This document shows, piece after piece, positions 1 through 12,666 of a stretch of 64,000 bases of DNA. This DNA is from Octopus vulgaris. Lineage: Eukaryota. Made by a program: the position numbers and the translations under genes. The stretch is taken from positions 12,152,001 through 12,216,000 of the forward strand of contig OX597831.1 of the NCBI GenBank assembly GCA_951406725.2, in the 5' to 3' direction. The notes under the pieces are model-generated. The model saw only the letters and a program-made list of their open reading frames with translations. It ran no database searches and was not told the origin of the DNA. Each line of letters opens with the position of its first letter. Position 1 is the first letter of the stretch.

Positions 1-292
1 CTCCTTGCACACCCCTCCACCAATCAATGAGAAACACTATTAGATTATTGAAATTTATTCGAATCATTCTGAAATAGAACCAAATGTGATGAGAAAGCCA
101 CAATAAAGCAAGTTAGAAATAAAGAAGGGGAAAAAACTAAAACAAAGGTCTATAAATTTATCCCATTTACAACTAACTTTAGTCATTATTGTGGCTTTCT
201 CAATCACTTTTAATTATGTGTGTGTGTGTAGATATATATATATATATATATATGTATGAATGTATGTATTTATATATGTGTATGTGTGTGTG

Positions 293-336
<44 letters not shown>

Positions 337-764
337 ACTGTTCTTCAATAAAGTGTATGTATACCCTCACTACTTTGCAAGAGAATCGTTAATTCAGCCT
401 CTTTTAACAAATACATTTAAATTGAACAAGTCAGACGCAAAACACTTTAGGTAAGTTAGTGTGAACACGTTTCGTGTATAGAGTGTTAACACGCAAACTA
501 GAGATAAATGAGTTGGGAGAAAAAACAACAGCAATAGTCACGAATAATATAAATTTTCATACATTTGGCAAGCAGGGGAAATGACTTTGGACATGCTCTG
601 ATATTATTCTGACCTCCTCAGTGAAACTTAACCTTCACCATAGATGTGAATGTAGTGAAGAATGAAATATTAGATTGCAATGTTGATAGTGACTCTAAAT
701 TACAAATAATCTGTTTTGTTGTTTATGTCAAAGATTTATAAACTTCGAAAAAATGCAAAATAAT

Positions 765-956
765 TTGTTTTGGGGAAAGTGGATTTCTCAGCAGATAAAG
801 CTATCAATAATTGTGTGTAAATACTAGGTTGAAAAACCACATTTGGACAAAAAAAACTGAAGGCTGCTTTTGACTTTTTCTCTATTCAACTGATTTTTTA
901 AAATCCACAATTGCTTATATAGCTTTATCTGCTTCAAGACCCACTGCTCAAAATAA
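765..956. mobile_element. Old MITE-like element with long imperfect inverted termini
   Basis: agcagataaagctat (790-804) is the exact reverse complement of 919-933. Flanking blocks (agtgg/ccact, aattgtg/cacaatt) also pair. Confidence 0.5.
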
Positions 957-1049
957 GAATTAATTCATTTTGTATTTGTTTTACTTTAACTCTACACCTG
1001 TAATATTTACATAATCTCAAGCCATAGAGGGGACCACTGTGAGGTAGTT

Positions 1050-1230
1050 CGATCTGTTAGAAAGAGCAGCTGAATTTTCTCCAACTCACACTCTACTGTT
1101 TTAAAAGTGGAAGAATACATGTGATTCTGGATGCTCTATATCTAAATAGTGAACAGGGATGGTCATGGCTGATAAACTTCTTTTATCATAGGTTTACTAA
1201 ATCAGGGTTGGTCTAGGGTTAAATAACAAC
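1050..1230 (+). mobile_element. Old dispersed repeat family E (probable non-LTR retroelement 3' end with an (AAC)n-like tail)
   Basis: The pattern ctgctagaaatagcagccaaat...ggtcatggctggaatgcctttgatcatagg...ggggttaaacaac recurs in degenerate form near 2450, 8780(-), 16930, 21290, 23050, 23965, 43490, 47255 and 59215. Confidence 0.6.
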
Positions 1231-1362
1231 TCTATTATTCATACAAATATGTACAACATACCACTAATACTTACCACATAAATACTTACACATACACACA
1301 GCACTATCACCAAACAATAAACACTGTAGCCCTAGATATACTATAATACAGTATATATATAT

Positions 1363-1680
1363 GTGGCACATAAAAAGCACCATCCGAACGTGGCTGATGC
1401 CAGCGCCGCCTTGACTGGCTTCCGTGCCGGTGGCACGTTAAAAGCACCAACCGATCATGGCCGATGCCAGACTCCCCTGGCACCTGTGCCGGTGGCACAT
1501 AAAAAGCACCCACTACACTCGCGGAGTGGTTGGCGTTAGGAAGGGCATCCAGCTGTAGAAACACTGCCAGATCAGACTGGAGCCTGGTGCAGCCCTTGGC
1601 TTCCCACACTTCGGTCGAACCGTCCAACCCGTGCTAGCGTGGAAAACGGACGTTAAACGATGATGATGATGATGATGATA
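1363..1680 (+). mobile_element. RTE-LINE 3' end (family A), 2 internal modules, (GAT)n tail
   Basis: Shares the ggaagggcatccagctgtagaaacactgccag...ggacgttaaacgatgatg terminus with about 18 other copies in the window. Confidence 0.88.
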
Positions 1681-1810
1681 TATATATCATAATAATATAT
1701 AATATTCTCTGATCTGAAGTGACAAATTTTAAATACAAACAAATGACCATAAAATGATGAACTATCCATGGCCAGAATTCAACCCACAAAGCAACGCTAA
1801 CAAAGCTCCT

Positions 1811-1950
1811 TGGGTCATCCCATAAATAATGCAGTGTTTTTATACTTCTTTTATTTTTGAAAATTAAGATAAAGTTCATTTTTAATCTAAAATATACTCT
1901 CCTTTATTTTCTACAATGCTCTCCCATCTATCTGGTAAACTTTCATATCC
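1811..1950 (-). mobile_element. Mariner 3' end fragment (transposase C-terminus plus TIR)
   Basis: Minus strand 1950-1882 reads GYESLPDRWESIVENKGEYILD*, a typical mariner C-terminus. It is followed by TIR gggtcatcccataaataatgc, matching the TIR at about 34309-34329. Confidence 0.8.
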
Positions 1951-2340
1951 CAATGACTTTCTGTTCCTTGCATCTCCTTTTCTCTCTGGTCTTGTCCTGT
2001 CTATCTCAGCTTGTATTTTTGTAATATTGTATCCCTATCTATACATGTGTTTATCTGTTTAGTATGTGTGTCTTGTGTGCATGTGTATAAGGTTGATAGT
2101 TGTCAGGTTGCAGAGTGTGGTGGAGTGGGGAGTGTTATTACCTCATTCATGTTTTCTGCTGAGTCTCAGTTAATTTTCTATTATGTGTATGGCCTCTGTA
2201 ATCTATCAGAGTGTTGTGTCTATTCTGTGTCAATAGGATCCTAACATATATGCTATTTCTCGAGCCCTCATGTTCTAGTTTAGCACGTTGGCATAGCACA
2301 GATGAACTTTTCACCTCCTTGAGTTCCTGCCAATGTTCAC

Positions 2341-2394
<54 letters not shown>

Positions 2395-3914
2395 CATGTG
2401 TGTAAGCATGTATATACATATACACATGCACACTCATACTAGCATCAAATGCATTGGATAACGTAGTCCTAGATGCACTTAGACTCTAAAAAGAAAAAGG
2501 ACGTAATGAACACTGCAGAAACATCTTTGATCAATGATCTGTCCACTGGATCACGGTCGATCATTGACAATACAACACCAACAAGAACAACACTAACTGC
2601 TTACAATAATACCTCACTGTTTACTTTCATTGTCTTTCTTTCATTTTAATTCCCTCCATGATCAATTTAGTTGGAAAGTAGCTTTTAAACCAGAGATGAT
2701 TGATGTCTTTAAACATCTGTAAATACGTAGTTCATTATCTGATCTTTCACCATCACATTTTATCTACTGAGATTAATTTATCAATAAATTATTATTGCAC
2801 ATTTGATTTCTTGTTTGAATATGTTGGTTCATCTCAATGGAAAATAAATTTTTCTGTTTTATTTCTTCCAAGACTTCAATGTCAAATTTTATAAATTATC
2901 AGTTGTACATCATCATCTTATGTTCATTTGTTATTTCAATGCTGCTAAGAATCAGCTGGATCCCACAGTCTCTCACAATCCTTCTTCATCATCGGACACA
3001 CAGACACAGCAACTCAGAAATCTACCAGTTTTTGTTGGTGTTTGTTATGTCAGTTTTATTTTGGCATGGGTTTTTACATTTGAATGTTATTCGTATTACT
3101 AAACACATTGCAACAGGCACCAAAAGCATTTGACCATGTAACCAGCACAAGAGATGTTGTGGAAGGGCAAACAAGTCCCTACCAGCCTTACATCTTGTGA
3201 AGACCATATCTTCTTGGTTCATCCATTTCTTTTCATTAATATTCAAATAAATTATTATTGCGCAGTGTGTTTGTAGCTGGCATTTATTAGTTGATTATAA
3301 TGATTCTGCCTACTACTGGCACAAGGCCTGAAATTTCATGAGAGGAAGTTTGTTGATAACACTGACCCCAGTGGTCAACTGGTGCTTATTTTAAATGACT
3401 CAGAAAAGATGAAAGACAAAGTCAACTTCAGCAGTATTTGAACTCAGAACATAAAATGGAAAGATATGCTGCTCTACATTTTGTCTGGTATGTTAACGAT
3501 TCCACCAGCTCACCACTCCAAAGTTGTCCACCCTTAGTTGATTGTTATAATAACCCATTTTCTCTAATTCTCTAATTCTCATGACACTTTTAGTTCAGTT
3601 CTTATAAACCATCAGTCCTAATATACTTATTAACTGCTGTTGCACATCCTGCTTCTTGCTGGCATCTGTGGGCTGCTTCTAATGATGAATTAAGTTTTTA
3701 CTACTCTATCTTTTACAAAACCCTAGATCAACTTTAACAATTTTTAGTTTCTGCTATGATTTTCTGAAATCTTTCACTCTGTCGTCTTTACTTTAAACAG
3801 CCTATTTTTCAATATATAGTCAACACACTATTTTGAATAAGACAAATGATAAACATTTTAATGTTATGAATTCTAAATGTAATTATTAGAAACCAGGCAC
3901 ATTTTCAGTTCCAT

Positions 3915-5010
3915 GTAAAAAGCACCTGGACATAAGAAGCACCCATGTTGGTGCCAGGTAAAAAACACCTGTACTGGTGCCACATAAGAAGCACCCATGT
4001 TGGTGCCAGGTAAAAAGCACCTGTACTGGTGCCACATAAGAAGCACCCATGTTGGTGCCAGGTAAAAAGCACCTGTACTGGTGCCACATAAGAAGCACCC
4101 GTGTTGGTGCCAGGTAAAAAGCACCTGTACTGGTGCCACATAAGAAGCACCCATGTTGGTGCCAGGTAAAAAGCACCTGTACTGGTGCCACATAAGAAGC
4201 ACCCATGTTGGTGCCAGGTAAAAAGCACCTGTACTGGTGCCACATAAGAAGCACCCATGTTGGTGCCAGGTAAAAAGCACCTGTACTGGTGCCACATAAG
4301 AAGCACCCGTGTTGGTGCCAGGTAAAAAGCACCTGTACTGGTGCCACATAAGAAGCACCCGTGTTGATGCCAGGTAAAAAGCACCTGTACTGGTTCCACA
4401 TAAGAAGCACCCATGTTGGTGCCAGGTAAAAAGCACCTGTACTGGTGCCACATAAGAAGCACCCATGTTGGTGCCAGGTAAAAAGCACCTGTACTGGTGC
4501 CACATAAGAAGCACCCATGTTGGTGCCAGGTAAAAAGCACCTGTACTGGTGCCACATAAGAAGCACCCATGTTGGTGCCAGGTAAAAAGCACCTGTACTG
4601 GTGCCACATATACCATGTTGGTGCACCCTGTACTGTTGGTGCCAGGTAAAGCACCTGTACTGGTGCCACATAAGAAGCACCGTGTTGGTGCCAGGTAAAA
4701 AGCACCTGTACTGGTTCCACATAAGAAGCACCCATGTTGGTGCCAGGTAAAAAGCACCTGTACTGGTGCCACATAAGAAGCACCCATGTTGGTGCCAGGT
4801 AAAAAGCACCTGTACTGGTGCCACATAAGAAGCACCCATGTTGGTGCCAGGTAAAAAGCACCTGTACTGGTGCCACATAAGAAGCACCCATGTTGGTGCC
4901 AGGTAAAAAGCACCTGTACTGGTGCCATATAAGAAGCACCCATGTTGGTGCCAGGTAAAAAGCACCTGTACTGGTGCCACATAAGAAGCACCCGTGTTGG
5001 TGCCATGCAA
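3915..5010 (+). repeat. 52-bp tandem array (2 x 26-bp subunits, about 21 units) inside a family A element
   Basis: Unit is cacataagaagcacccatgttggtgc + caggtaaaaagcacctgtactggtgc, period 52 (3981 to 4033). It runs into a family A terminus. Confidence 0.95.
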
Positions 5011-5170
5011 AAGCACCCAGTGGTTGGAATTAAGAAGAGGGCATCCAGCTGTAGAAACCAGGCCAAAAGAGACAACTGGGGCCTGGTGCAGCTCACCAGT
5101 TTGTCAGTTCCTTGTCAAACCATCCAACCCGTCATAGCTTGGAGATCGATGTTAAATGATAATGACAGCA

Positions 5171-5210
<40 letters not shown>
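5010..5210 (+). mobile_element. Family A (RTE) 3' terminus with (GAT)n tail
   Basis: gggcatccagctgtagaaac...catccaaccc...gttaaatgat followed by (GAT)n. Confidence 0.8.
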
Positions 5211-7642
5211 CATTTCATTGCTGTGTTAAAAATCAAATTTAAAGAAACTAGTAACACTGATGTCATTGTTTCTTGGATGTGATTGCTAAAGATTTTAAAA
5301 AGATTTTCTTATTTTTATTAGCTTTGGTTTAAATGGATATCCAATATTTTAAATGACTGTGCTTAGCTTGTTCAGTTGTTGGTGTTTAATAAAAAAGAAA
5401 AAAATATACATATATACAACAGTTTATGAAATAAATGGAGTTGTGGGGGAGTGGGAGATGGTGGGGTGGTGAATGCATAATAAAAAGGAAGTAAAATAGA
5501 ATCTAATGATTGGATATATTATTTTTAAAAATGTATAATTTTCAGAAAAAGCCAAAAAAAGCAAAGCAAAACAAATAATAATAAAAATATGAAGAACATG
5601 AATAAATAGAATAAGAGCTGTTACATCCCTTTGCATTTTTACTGAGTTTAGTTAGAAACTGCATAAAAAAAAGAAAAAAATATTTGCAAAACAAAATCAA
5701 AATGAAATAAAAGAAGTTTTTAAAAAATGCTATAAAAATTATACAAAGAACAAAAGATGAAATGCTGCAGGGATTTCCAGAAAACAAAACTATCTTGGTT
5801 TTATTTACAAAATAATTCCAGTATTGATAACTAAAGGTGAAAAGCCAAAATTTAAAGAAAGAAGTGTCTGGAAAATATATTCTATTTTCCTCAAATGAAA
5901 TATTTTGTAATTTGCATAATATCAATATTTATGAATACTAGCTTGCTGGTTTTGACCTATATGATGCATCATATGGAGAAGATGAAGACTTGTTTTGAAA
6001 AAGTCCAAATATTTGATGACTTGTGGCGACTGAATCATTCTACATTCTGTAGTTATTGCAAAGTTATTTGCAATTACATAAACAGTATAAAACATTCAGC
6101 TTATCGCTAATATGTCATAATAATCCTACCCATAGATATAGAACTGCAGTATTGTCAATAAAATTAGGCTCTGATGAATAGTTATTCTCCGTTATCTGAA
6201 TGAAAATGGATATCATTAGACAAGAAAAGACTTCCTTTGGTTTAGATGCAAAGTTTAAATTGGGAGTCTTCATGAATGTCAACTCGTTTGATTCAAACAA
6301 ATGACATTTTAAGTGAAGCTACTGAACAGTGGTTGATTTCCTTGTTGCAGCTCGGTAAATAACATTGGGGAAAAAAATAAAATTGAAACTAAAAAAAATT
6401 CCAGCCTTCGAATCACTTTGAAATATTATTAGACAAATTTTAGAATGGTATTCTGTTAAAAAACAAACAAAATAAAACAAAACACAAAGTCTGATTATCT
6501 TAATTAGGTGTAAATGATTTAATAAGTAGAATAAAATTACTACCACTGTGAAAGTAGGTCCTGTTTATCAAAGATGTTCTTTTATCTTTTACTTGATCCA
6601 ATCATTGGACTGTGGCCATACTGGGGCACTGGCTTGAAGGGTTTAGTTGAATAATTTGACCCCAGTACTTATTTTCTTTTTAAGCCTGCAACTTATTTTA
6701 TCAGTTTCTTTACACTGAACTGCTAAGTTACTGGGATGTAAACGAACCAACACTGTCAAGCAGTGGGGGGGGGGGCAAACACAAAAACACATACACATAC
6801 ATGCCTTGTAAAAAAAGCACCCAGTATACTCTGTAAAGATTACAACACTTGAAAGGAACACTGGTCATTTGCAGGACTCTAGGCCAGCAATTGTGAGTAG
6901 CAGGGGACAAGCTGATTACACTGATCCCAGTACATGACAGGTACTTTATTCTATTGACTCCCCACCAAAAAAAAAAAAAAAACCAATAAAAGGCAGAGCT
7001 TGACCTCAGCAGGATTTGAACTCAGTACGTAAAAGAACCAGCAGAGATGCTGCTAAGCGTTTTGTCTGATGTGCTAATGAGTCTGCCAGCTTGCTGCCAA
7101 TGAATAGGATTGCATTGGCATATTTGTTTATAATGATACAAAAGTGTAAAAAGAAATTTCATTTAAACTGATTGTTTTGAGTATTAATATCAGATTGGAT
7201 GCAGAACAATCACACATTGTTATATTTAAATTAAATGTTGATGCAGATACAAAAGATGTATGAAAAACAATAATGAATATGAAATGATTAGAAAAATCAT
7301 AAACAGTTGAAATTAATTGATTTCAAGTCTCGTTAATAGCCTGATTCATTTTTTTCTACCTTAGATTAGTTCTTAAGAGTGTCTAATATAATTCTATGTT
7401 GAAAATCTTGGCAGTTAATTTAGCCACAATTATAAAAGAGTTATTGTATTGACTTAAATTTAGAATTTATATAAATGATACATAATAATATACGGTAAAT
7501 TAACATGTGCAGTACATCCTACCTTTAAAACATATAAAAGTGGTAGAAAAGTTTTGATGTTAAGAGTTTACTGTGTTTTATCATCATGCTGCTTCTGAAC
7601 ATACCGAATCACACCATCAGAATAATAATAATAATAATAATG

Positions 7643-7688
<46 letters not shown>

Positions 7689-7696
7689 AAATAATA

Positions 7697-8145
7697 ATCC
7701 TTTCTGCTATAGGCCCAAGGCCTGAAATTTGGGGGGAGGGGACAAGTCGATTAGATTGACCCTAGTGTTCAACTGGTACTTAATTTATCGACCTTGAAAG
7801 GATGAAAGGCAAAGTCAAGCTTGGCGGAATTTGAACCCAGGACGTAGCAACAAGCAAAATATTGCTAAGCATTTTGTCCAGCATGCTAATGGTTCTGCCA
7901 GTAATGATGATGATGATGATTTCAAATTTTGGCACAAGGCCAGCAATTTCAGGGGAGAAGATAAGCTGATTACATTGACTCCAATGTTCAAATGGTACTT
8001 AATATATCGTCCCCGAAAGGATGAAAGGCAAAGTCGACCTCGGCAGAATTTGAACTCAGAATGTAGCAACAAGTGAAATACCACTTAGCATTTCATCCAA
8101 TGCACTAACGATTCTGCCAGCTTAATAATAATAATGATGATAATG

Positions 8146-8195
<50 letters not shown>

Positions 8196-8525
8196 GATAA
8201 TAATAATTCTTTCTCCTATATGCACAAGGCCTGGCATTTTAGGGAGAGAGCTGGTCGATTACACCAACCCCAGAGTTTAATTGGTCCTTATTTCATTGAT
8301 CTTGAAAGGATGAAAAGCAAATCAACCTTTGAGAAATTTGAATTCAGAATGTTAAAGAACTGGGAAAAAAAAATGCTGTTTGGCATTTTGACATTTTGCT
8401 TGGTGAGCTAATGATTTAGCCAGCTGACCACCTTTTTTAATGGCTTCAAATTATGGCACAAGGCCAGTAATTTTAGGGATTGGAGTAAGCTGATTACATC
8501 AACCCTGGTGTTCAACTAGTACTTA
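7697..8525 (-). mobile_element. Cluster of about 4 head-to-tail tRNA-derived SINE family B copies separated mostly by (AAT)n/(GAT)n
   Basis: The core gaaaggatgaaaggcaaagtcgacctcggcagaatttgaactcag is repeated. The minus strand carries a B-box-like GAGTTCAAATTC. Confidence 0.85.
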
Positions 8526-9296
8526 TCACTGAATATTCTACATAATGACTAATTTTCAGATATAATGTCTTTAGTACTAAATATCTGATACTTTAAAGTA
8601 TTCATAATGTAGTGAACTATAGTGCTAAATAGTCTGATGCATTTAGTAATAAAAATGCAGTACTTATAATGTGAATTACGTAACTATAATGATTACTATA
8701 ATATAAAACTCATTATAATACATAATGTACAATAATGTCTTTTATGTATGTAATAAATTCACCATTTTTTTCAAAGATGATGCTGTGTGATTTGAAGAAC
8801 ATTTTGGCTGCTGTTTCTAGAAGGCTGAGAAACAGTATGAATGGTTCAATTCCAGTTATAAGCTTTGTTGTTTAGCCCCACATCAAACCTGAACAACTAC
8901 AACTATACGACCATCATGTTTTTTCTTTTCATTTGAGACACAGTACACTTTGTTTACTTAGGACTGCACTAACAAATGAATCTTTGCATCTCAAAGAAGT
9001 AAATGAATAATAAAAATAAAATTAGTCAAAATAATGAAGTTGGTAGGATGCTTTTTTGAAAGAGATTTAACTACTATTTCTAGCAACTCACACATTCACA
9101 TGTAGAGGTGCCCTTACTGCCCTGTTATTAAAGAAATGTTCAAATAACTATGCATCAGGGAGAACTGCTACATCATTACCCATCCGCATATGGCTTCATA
9201 CTCAAGAAACTACGATGCTTCATTTTGATGGAGTTTGGCTTTGAGAAGGGAGCTGGACAGAAATTTCAATGGCTGAATATTGATATTTTTTCATTT

Positions 9297-9515
9297 AAGG
9301 CGGCGAGCTGGCAGAAACGTTAGCATGCAGGGTGAAATGCTTAGCGGTATTTTATCTGTCCTTGCATTCTAAGTTCAAATTCCACTGAGGTTGACTTTGC
9401 TTTTCATCTTTTATGGGTCAATAAATTAAGTACCAGTTGCATACTGGGGCCGATTTAATCGACTACCCACCCCACCCCATCAAATTTTGGGATCTGTGCC
9501 TAGAGTAGAAAAGAA
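9297..9515 (+). mobile_element. SINE family B, full length
   Basis: Head ggcggcgagctggcagaaacgttagc, B-box-like aagttcaaattcc, core gactttgcttttcatc. Flanked by an imperfect TSD atat(t/g)ttttcattt. Confidence 0.85.
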
Positions 9516-9724
9516 TATGTTTTCATTTGTCGATGAAGGGTGGCCAAATATGCTATTTGTGAAGGAGTGCACAACCCCTGACTCACCCACCCATCTTCAG
9601 CAACTTAACCCCTCTCCTTTTCCTTTTCCTTTGTTTCCTTGGTGAGGTGGTTATCATTTTTTATTCAATAATTTGATCTTTTATATTTTAATGTAAAAAA
9701 AAATTGTAAAAGAAAAGAATAAAA

Positions 9725-9754
9725 AATATGTACATTTATAGACACACACACACA

Positions 9755-9786
<32 letters not shown>

Positions 9787-9912
9787 TTATCACACACACA
9801 CAAATACATATAAATATACATGTGTGTGTGTCTATATAAATATGTATGTATACATATGTATTTGTGTATATATATATGTATACATACATATTTATATAGA
9901 CACACACATGTA

Positions 9913-9956
<44 letters not shown>

Positions 9957-10590
9957 CACACACACATATACCTATATATATATATATATATGTTGTGGAG
10001 TAGACATTATTGTAGAAGAGATATTTACGAATTTCACATTGCTAAAAAGAATAATTACTTTTTCATAATGCTTCAGGATAAAAAAATACAGCAGTTCTAC
10101 TTGATTTAATATGGTTTTTCATAAGCCTACTCACAGAAGATGTCTTCAGACAAAAAAAAACGAAAAAAAAATAAAAAAACAAGTCTCACCCAAACTTAAC
10201 AGACGGCTAAACTGAATTGATGAACAATCACTTCCAATCTCAGTTTTAGTCACAGAAGGAAATTAGTTTTCTTTCCAGTCACCCGTCTGTTTAGTAAAAG
10301 ACAGATGCAGAATTGTGTGTGTGTGTGTATACAAAACACACATATACACATATATGTAAATATATTGTATTTAGATATATTTGTGTGTGTGCGTGTATAT
10401 ATATATATATGTATATATATAAAACATATATACATACACATACATATTTATATATATATATACATACACACACACATATATATATATATATACACACACA
10501 TATACACACACACACATACAATATGTATATATATATCATATATATATATACATATATAAACATACATACACACATATGTACATACATATA
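9725..10590. repeat. Compound (TA)n/(CA)n/(TG)n microsatellite fields (example; many similar tracts occur across the window)
   Basis: Direct inspection. Other simple repeats include (AAT)n 7620-7695, (ATT)n 14068-14133, (AAG)n 47835-47880 and (GA)n 52050-52172. Confidence 0.95.
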
Positions 10591-10591
10591 T

Positions 10592-12245
10592 ACAGGGTGT
10601 TCCAAAAAGATGTATTCACACCTTAACATCTGATAACTGACTCAATTTTCATTTCTTTTTTCGACTTTATCCCATTAGAAATAATGAAGGAAGCTAGAAA
10701 TTTATTCTGAAGTGCTGCTGGCAGATTGAAAATGCAGTCAAAGTGCAAAGAGAGTTTGAGAGGGAGGTTTGAACAGGTCCACCTATGTGACTTATTACCC
10801 TCAGAGATAAGTTTGAAGTAGACGGAACTGTTAAGAATGCCTATAAGAAATGTTCTGGAAGACTGCAGAGATCAACAAGCCACACTAAGCAAGAGAGGAT
10901 ACAAGAAACATATTGACCAGGGTTCAAGTATATCTGTGTGGAAAGACAGGTATTACAAAGTCAAGCATCCGTCTTATTTCGAAGATCATTGGAGAAGTTA
11001 AATTTCAAGAATCGTCCAAACTCTCATTGAAGATCCAGACTGCAGAGTGGTGCTTAGCAAGATGTAGAGCTGTCCGTTTTTTCAACAAAGACTGTTTGGA
11101 GTGATGAGGATACATCATCATCATCATCATCATCATCATCGTTTAACGTCCGTTTTCCGCGCTAGCACGGGTTGGACGTTTCGACCGGGGTCTGGGAAGC
11201 CAGGGGCTGCACCAGGCTCCAGTCTGATCTGGCAGTGTTTCTACAGCTGGATGCCCTTCCTAACGCCAACTACTCAGCGAGTGTAGTGGGTGTTTTTTAC
11301 GTGCCACCTGCACAGGTGCCAGAGGGGTCTGGCATCGGCCATGATCGGTTGGTGCTTTTAACGTGCCACCGGTACAGAAGCCAGTTGAGGCAGCGCTGGC
11401 ATTGGCCACGTTCGGATGGTGCTTTTTACGTGCCACCGGCACAGAAGCCAGTTGAGGCAGCGCTGGCATCGGCCACGTTCGGATGGTGCTTTTTATGTGC
11501 CACCAGCACAGAAGCCAGCCAAGGTGGCGCTGGCATCGGCCATGTTCAGATGGTGCTTTTTATGTGCCACCGGCACAGAAGCCAGTCGAGGCGGTGCTGG
11601 CATCGGCCACGTTCGGATGGTGCTTTTTAATGGCTCAATTGAATGTCATGCCTACCAGGGGCTTGAGAATCTACACATAATGAAGGAACATGATGTTGAT
11701 TTACCAGGAGTTACAGAATAGTGTGGCTTATCATCAAAAGGATTAATTGAACCATTCTATTTTGAAGGAACTATGGTTTGCTTCAACTCAATCCGTCATG
11801 CAAAACATTCAAAAGGACTTTAAAGATGTAGATTTTATTTCCAATTAGATGGGGACCTAAATACTAATGTAAGGACCTACATTAGTGAGATTTTGCCAGA
11901 CAGGAGCATTGGACGAAGAGGTTCAGTAGAGTACCCTCCACATTCAGTGGACCTCACACCATCAGGCTTTTTTATGGGGATACTTAAAGGACAAAGTTTG
12001 TAATACGAAATTGTCAGTAGTTCATGAATTGAGAGAAGACATTGAATGAGAATGCACAAAAATACTGAACGAGATGTTTCTTGGTGTTTGCAATTCCATC
12101 GCTTCACATTATCGGTAGTTTCTGGACGAGGATGGACATCAGTTTGCAATCAGGCATTCATAAAGAATTAAATTCTATCTGTAGATTGTATTAAATTTTG
12201 AAAATGCAAAATATTTTAATAAATACTGTGATTATAATCATTTAA
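10592..12245 (+). mobile_element. Decayed Tc1/mariner-superfamily transposon (DUF4817-type HTH plus DDD/E transposase), split by a family A insertion
   Basis: TA-cagggtgt terminus. Pseudo-peptides RDKFEVDGTV, KTVWSDED, NGSIE..ENLH..DLPGV..CGLSSKGLIEPFYFEGT, FYFQLDG, IGRRGSVEYPPHSVDLTP..WGYLKDKV, with many stops and frameshifts. Confidence 0.85.
11113..11629 (-). mobile_element. Family A (RTE 3' end) with 5 internal modules
   Basis: (CAT)n at the left, conserved terminus, and six ggtgctttttacgtgccac-type anchors. Confidence 0.9.
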
Positions 12246-12615
12246 TGTGTGTCCATGCTGGCATGGATTGGACACTTTAACCAGAGCTGGTAAGCTGAGG
12301 GTCTACATCAGACTGTAGTCTAATTTGGCATGGTTTCTATGGCTGGATGCCTTTCCCAATGCCAACCACTCCAAGAATGTAATGGCTGCTTTCATGTGCC
12401 ACTGGCACAGGTGCCAGTATCTAACATGACTACAATTTCACTTGGTTTGGTGGGTCTTCTACTCAAGCACAGCATATTGTTGAAGGTCTCCGTCATTTGT
12501 CATTGCCTCTGTGAGTTCTAACGCTTGAAAGGTTCTTTATACGTGCCACCGATACAGGTGCTATTTACGGAACACCAGCATCAGCCACATTGCCTCAGTG
12601 AGGTCCAATACCCAC

Positions 12616-12666
<51 letters not shown>

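Noticed and set aside
189-454. YIYI/CVCV/HTHT-rich ORFs here and throughout
   Set aside because: Microsatellite translations.
455-505. Possible hammerhead (cgtgt...acacgaaacgtgtt on the minus strand)
   Set aside because: No CUGANGA-like core and no convincing stem I.
3915-5010. CRISPR array
   Set aside because: No unique spacers, no cas genes, and a eukaryotic intron context. The repeat derives from the RTE UTR anchor. The same applies to 28786-29490 and 11290-11630.
3873-5096. 344-407 aa ORFs in three frames
   Set aside because: A stop-free 52-bp unit cycles through all frames; a tandem-repeat artefact.
6276-6354. Plus-strand ATG...CTCG|GTAAAT mini-exon (MSTRLIQTNDILSEATEQWLISLLQL)
   Set aside because: No recognisable homology or partner exons.
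9297-9385. tRNA genes
   Set aside because: The A/B-box-like heads belong to SINEs and lack a full cloverleaf.
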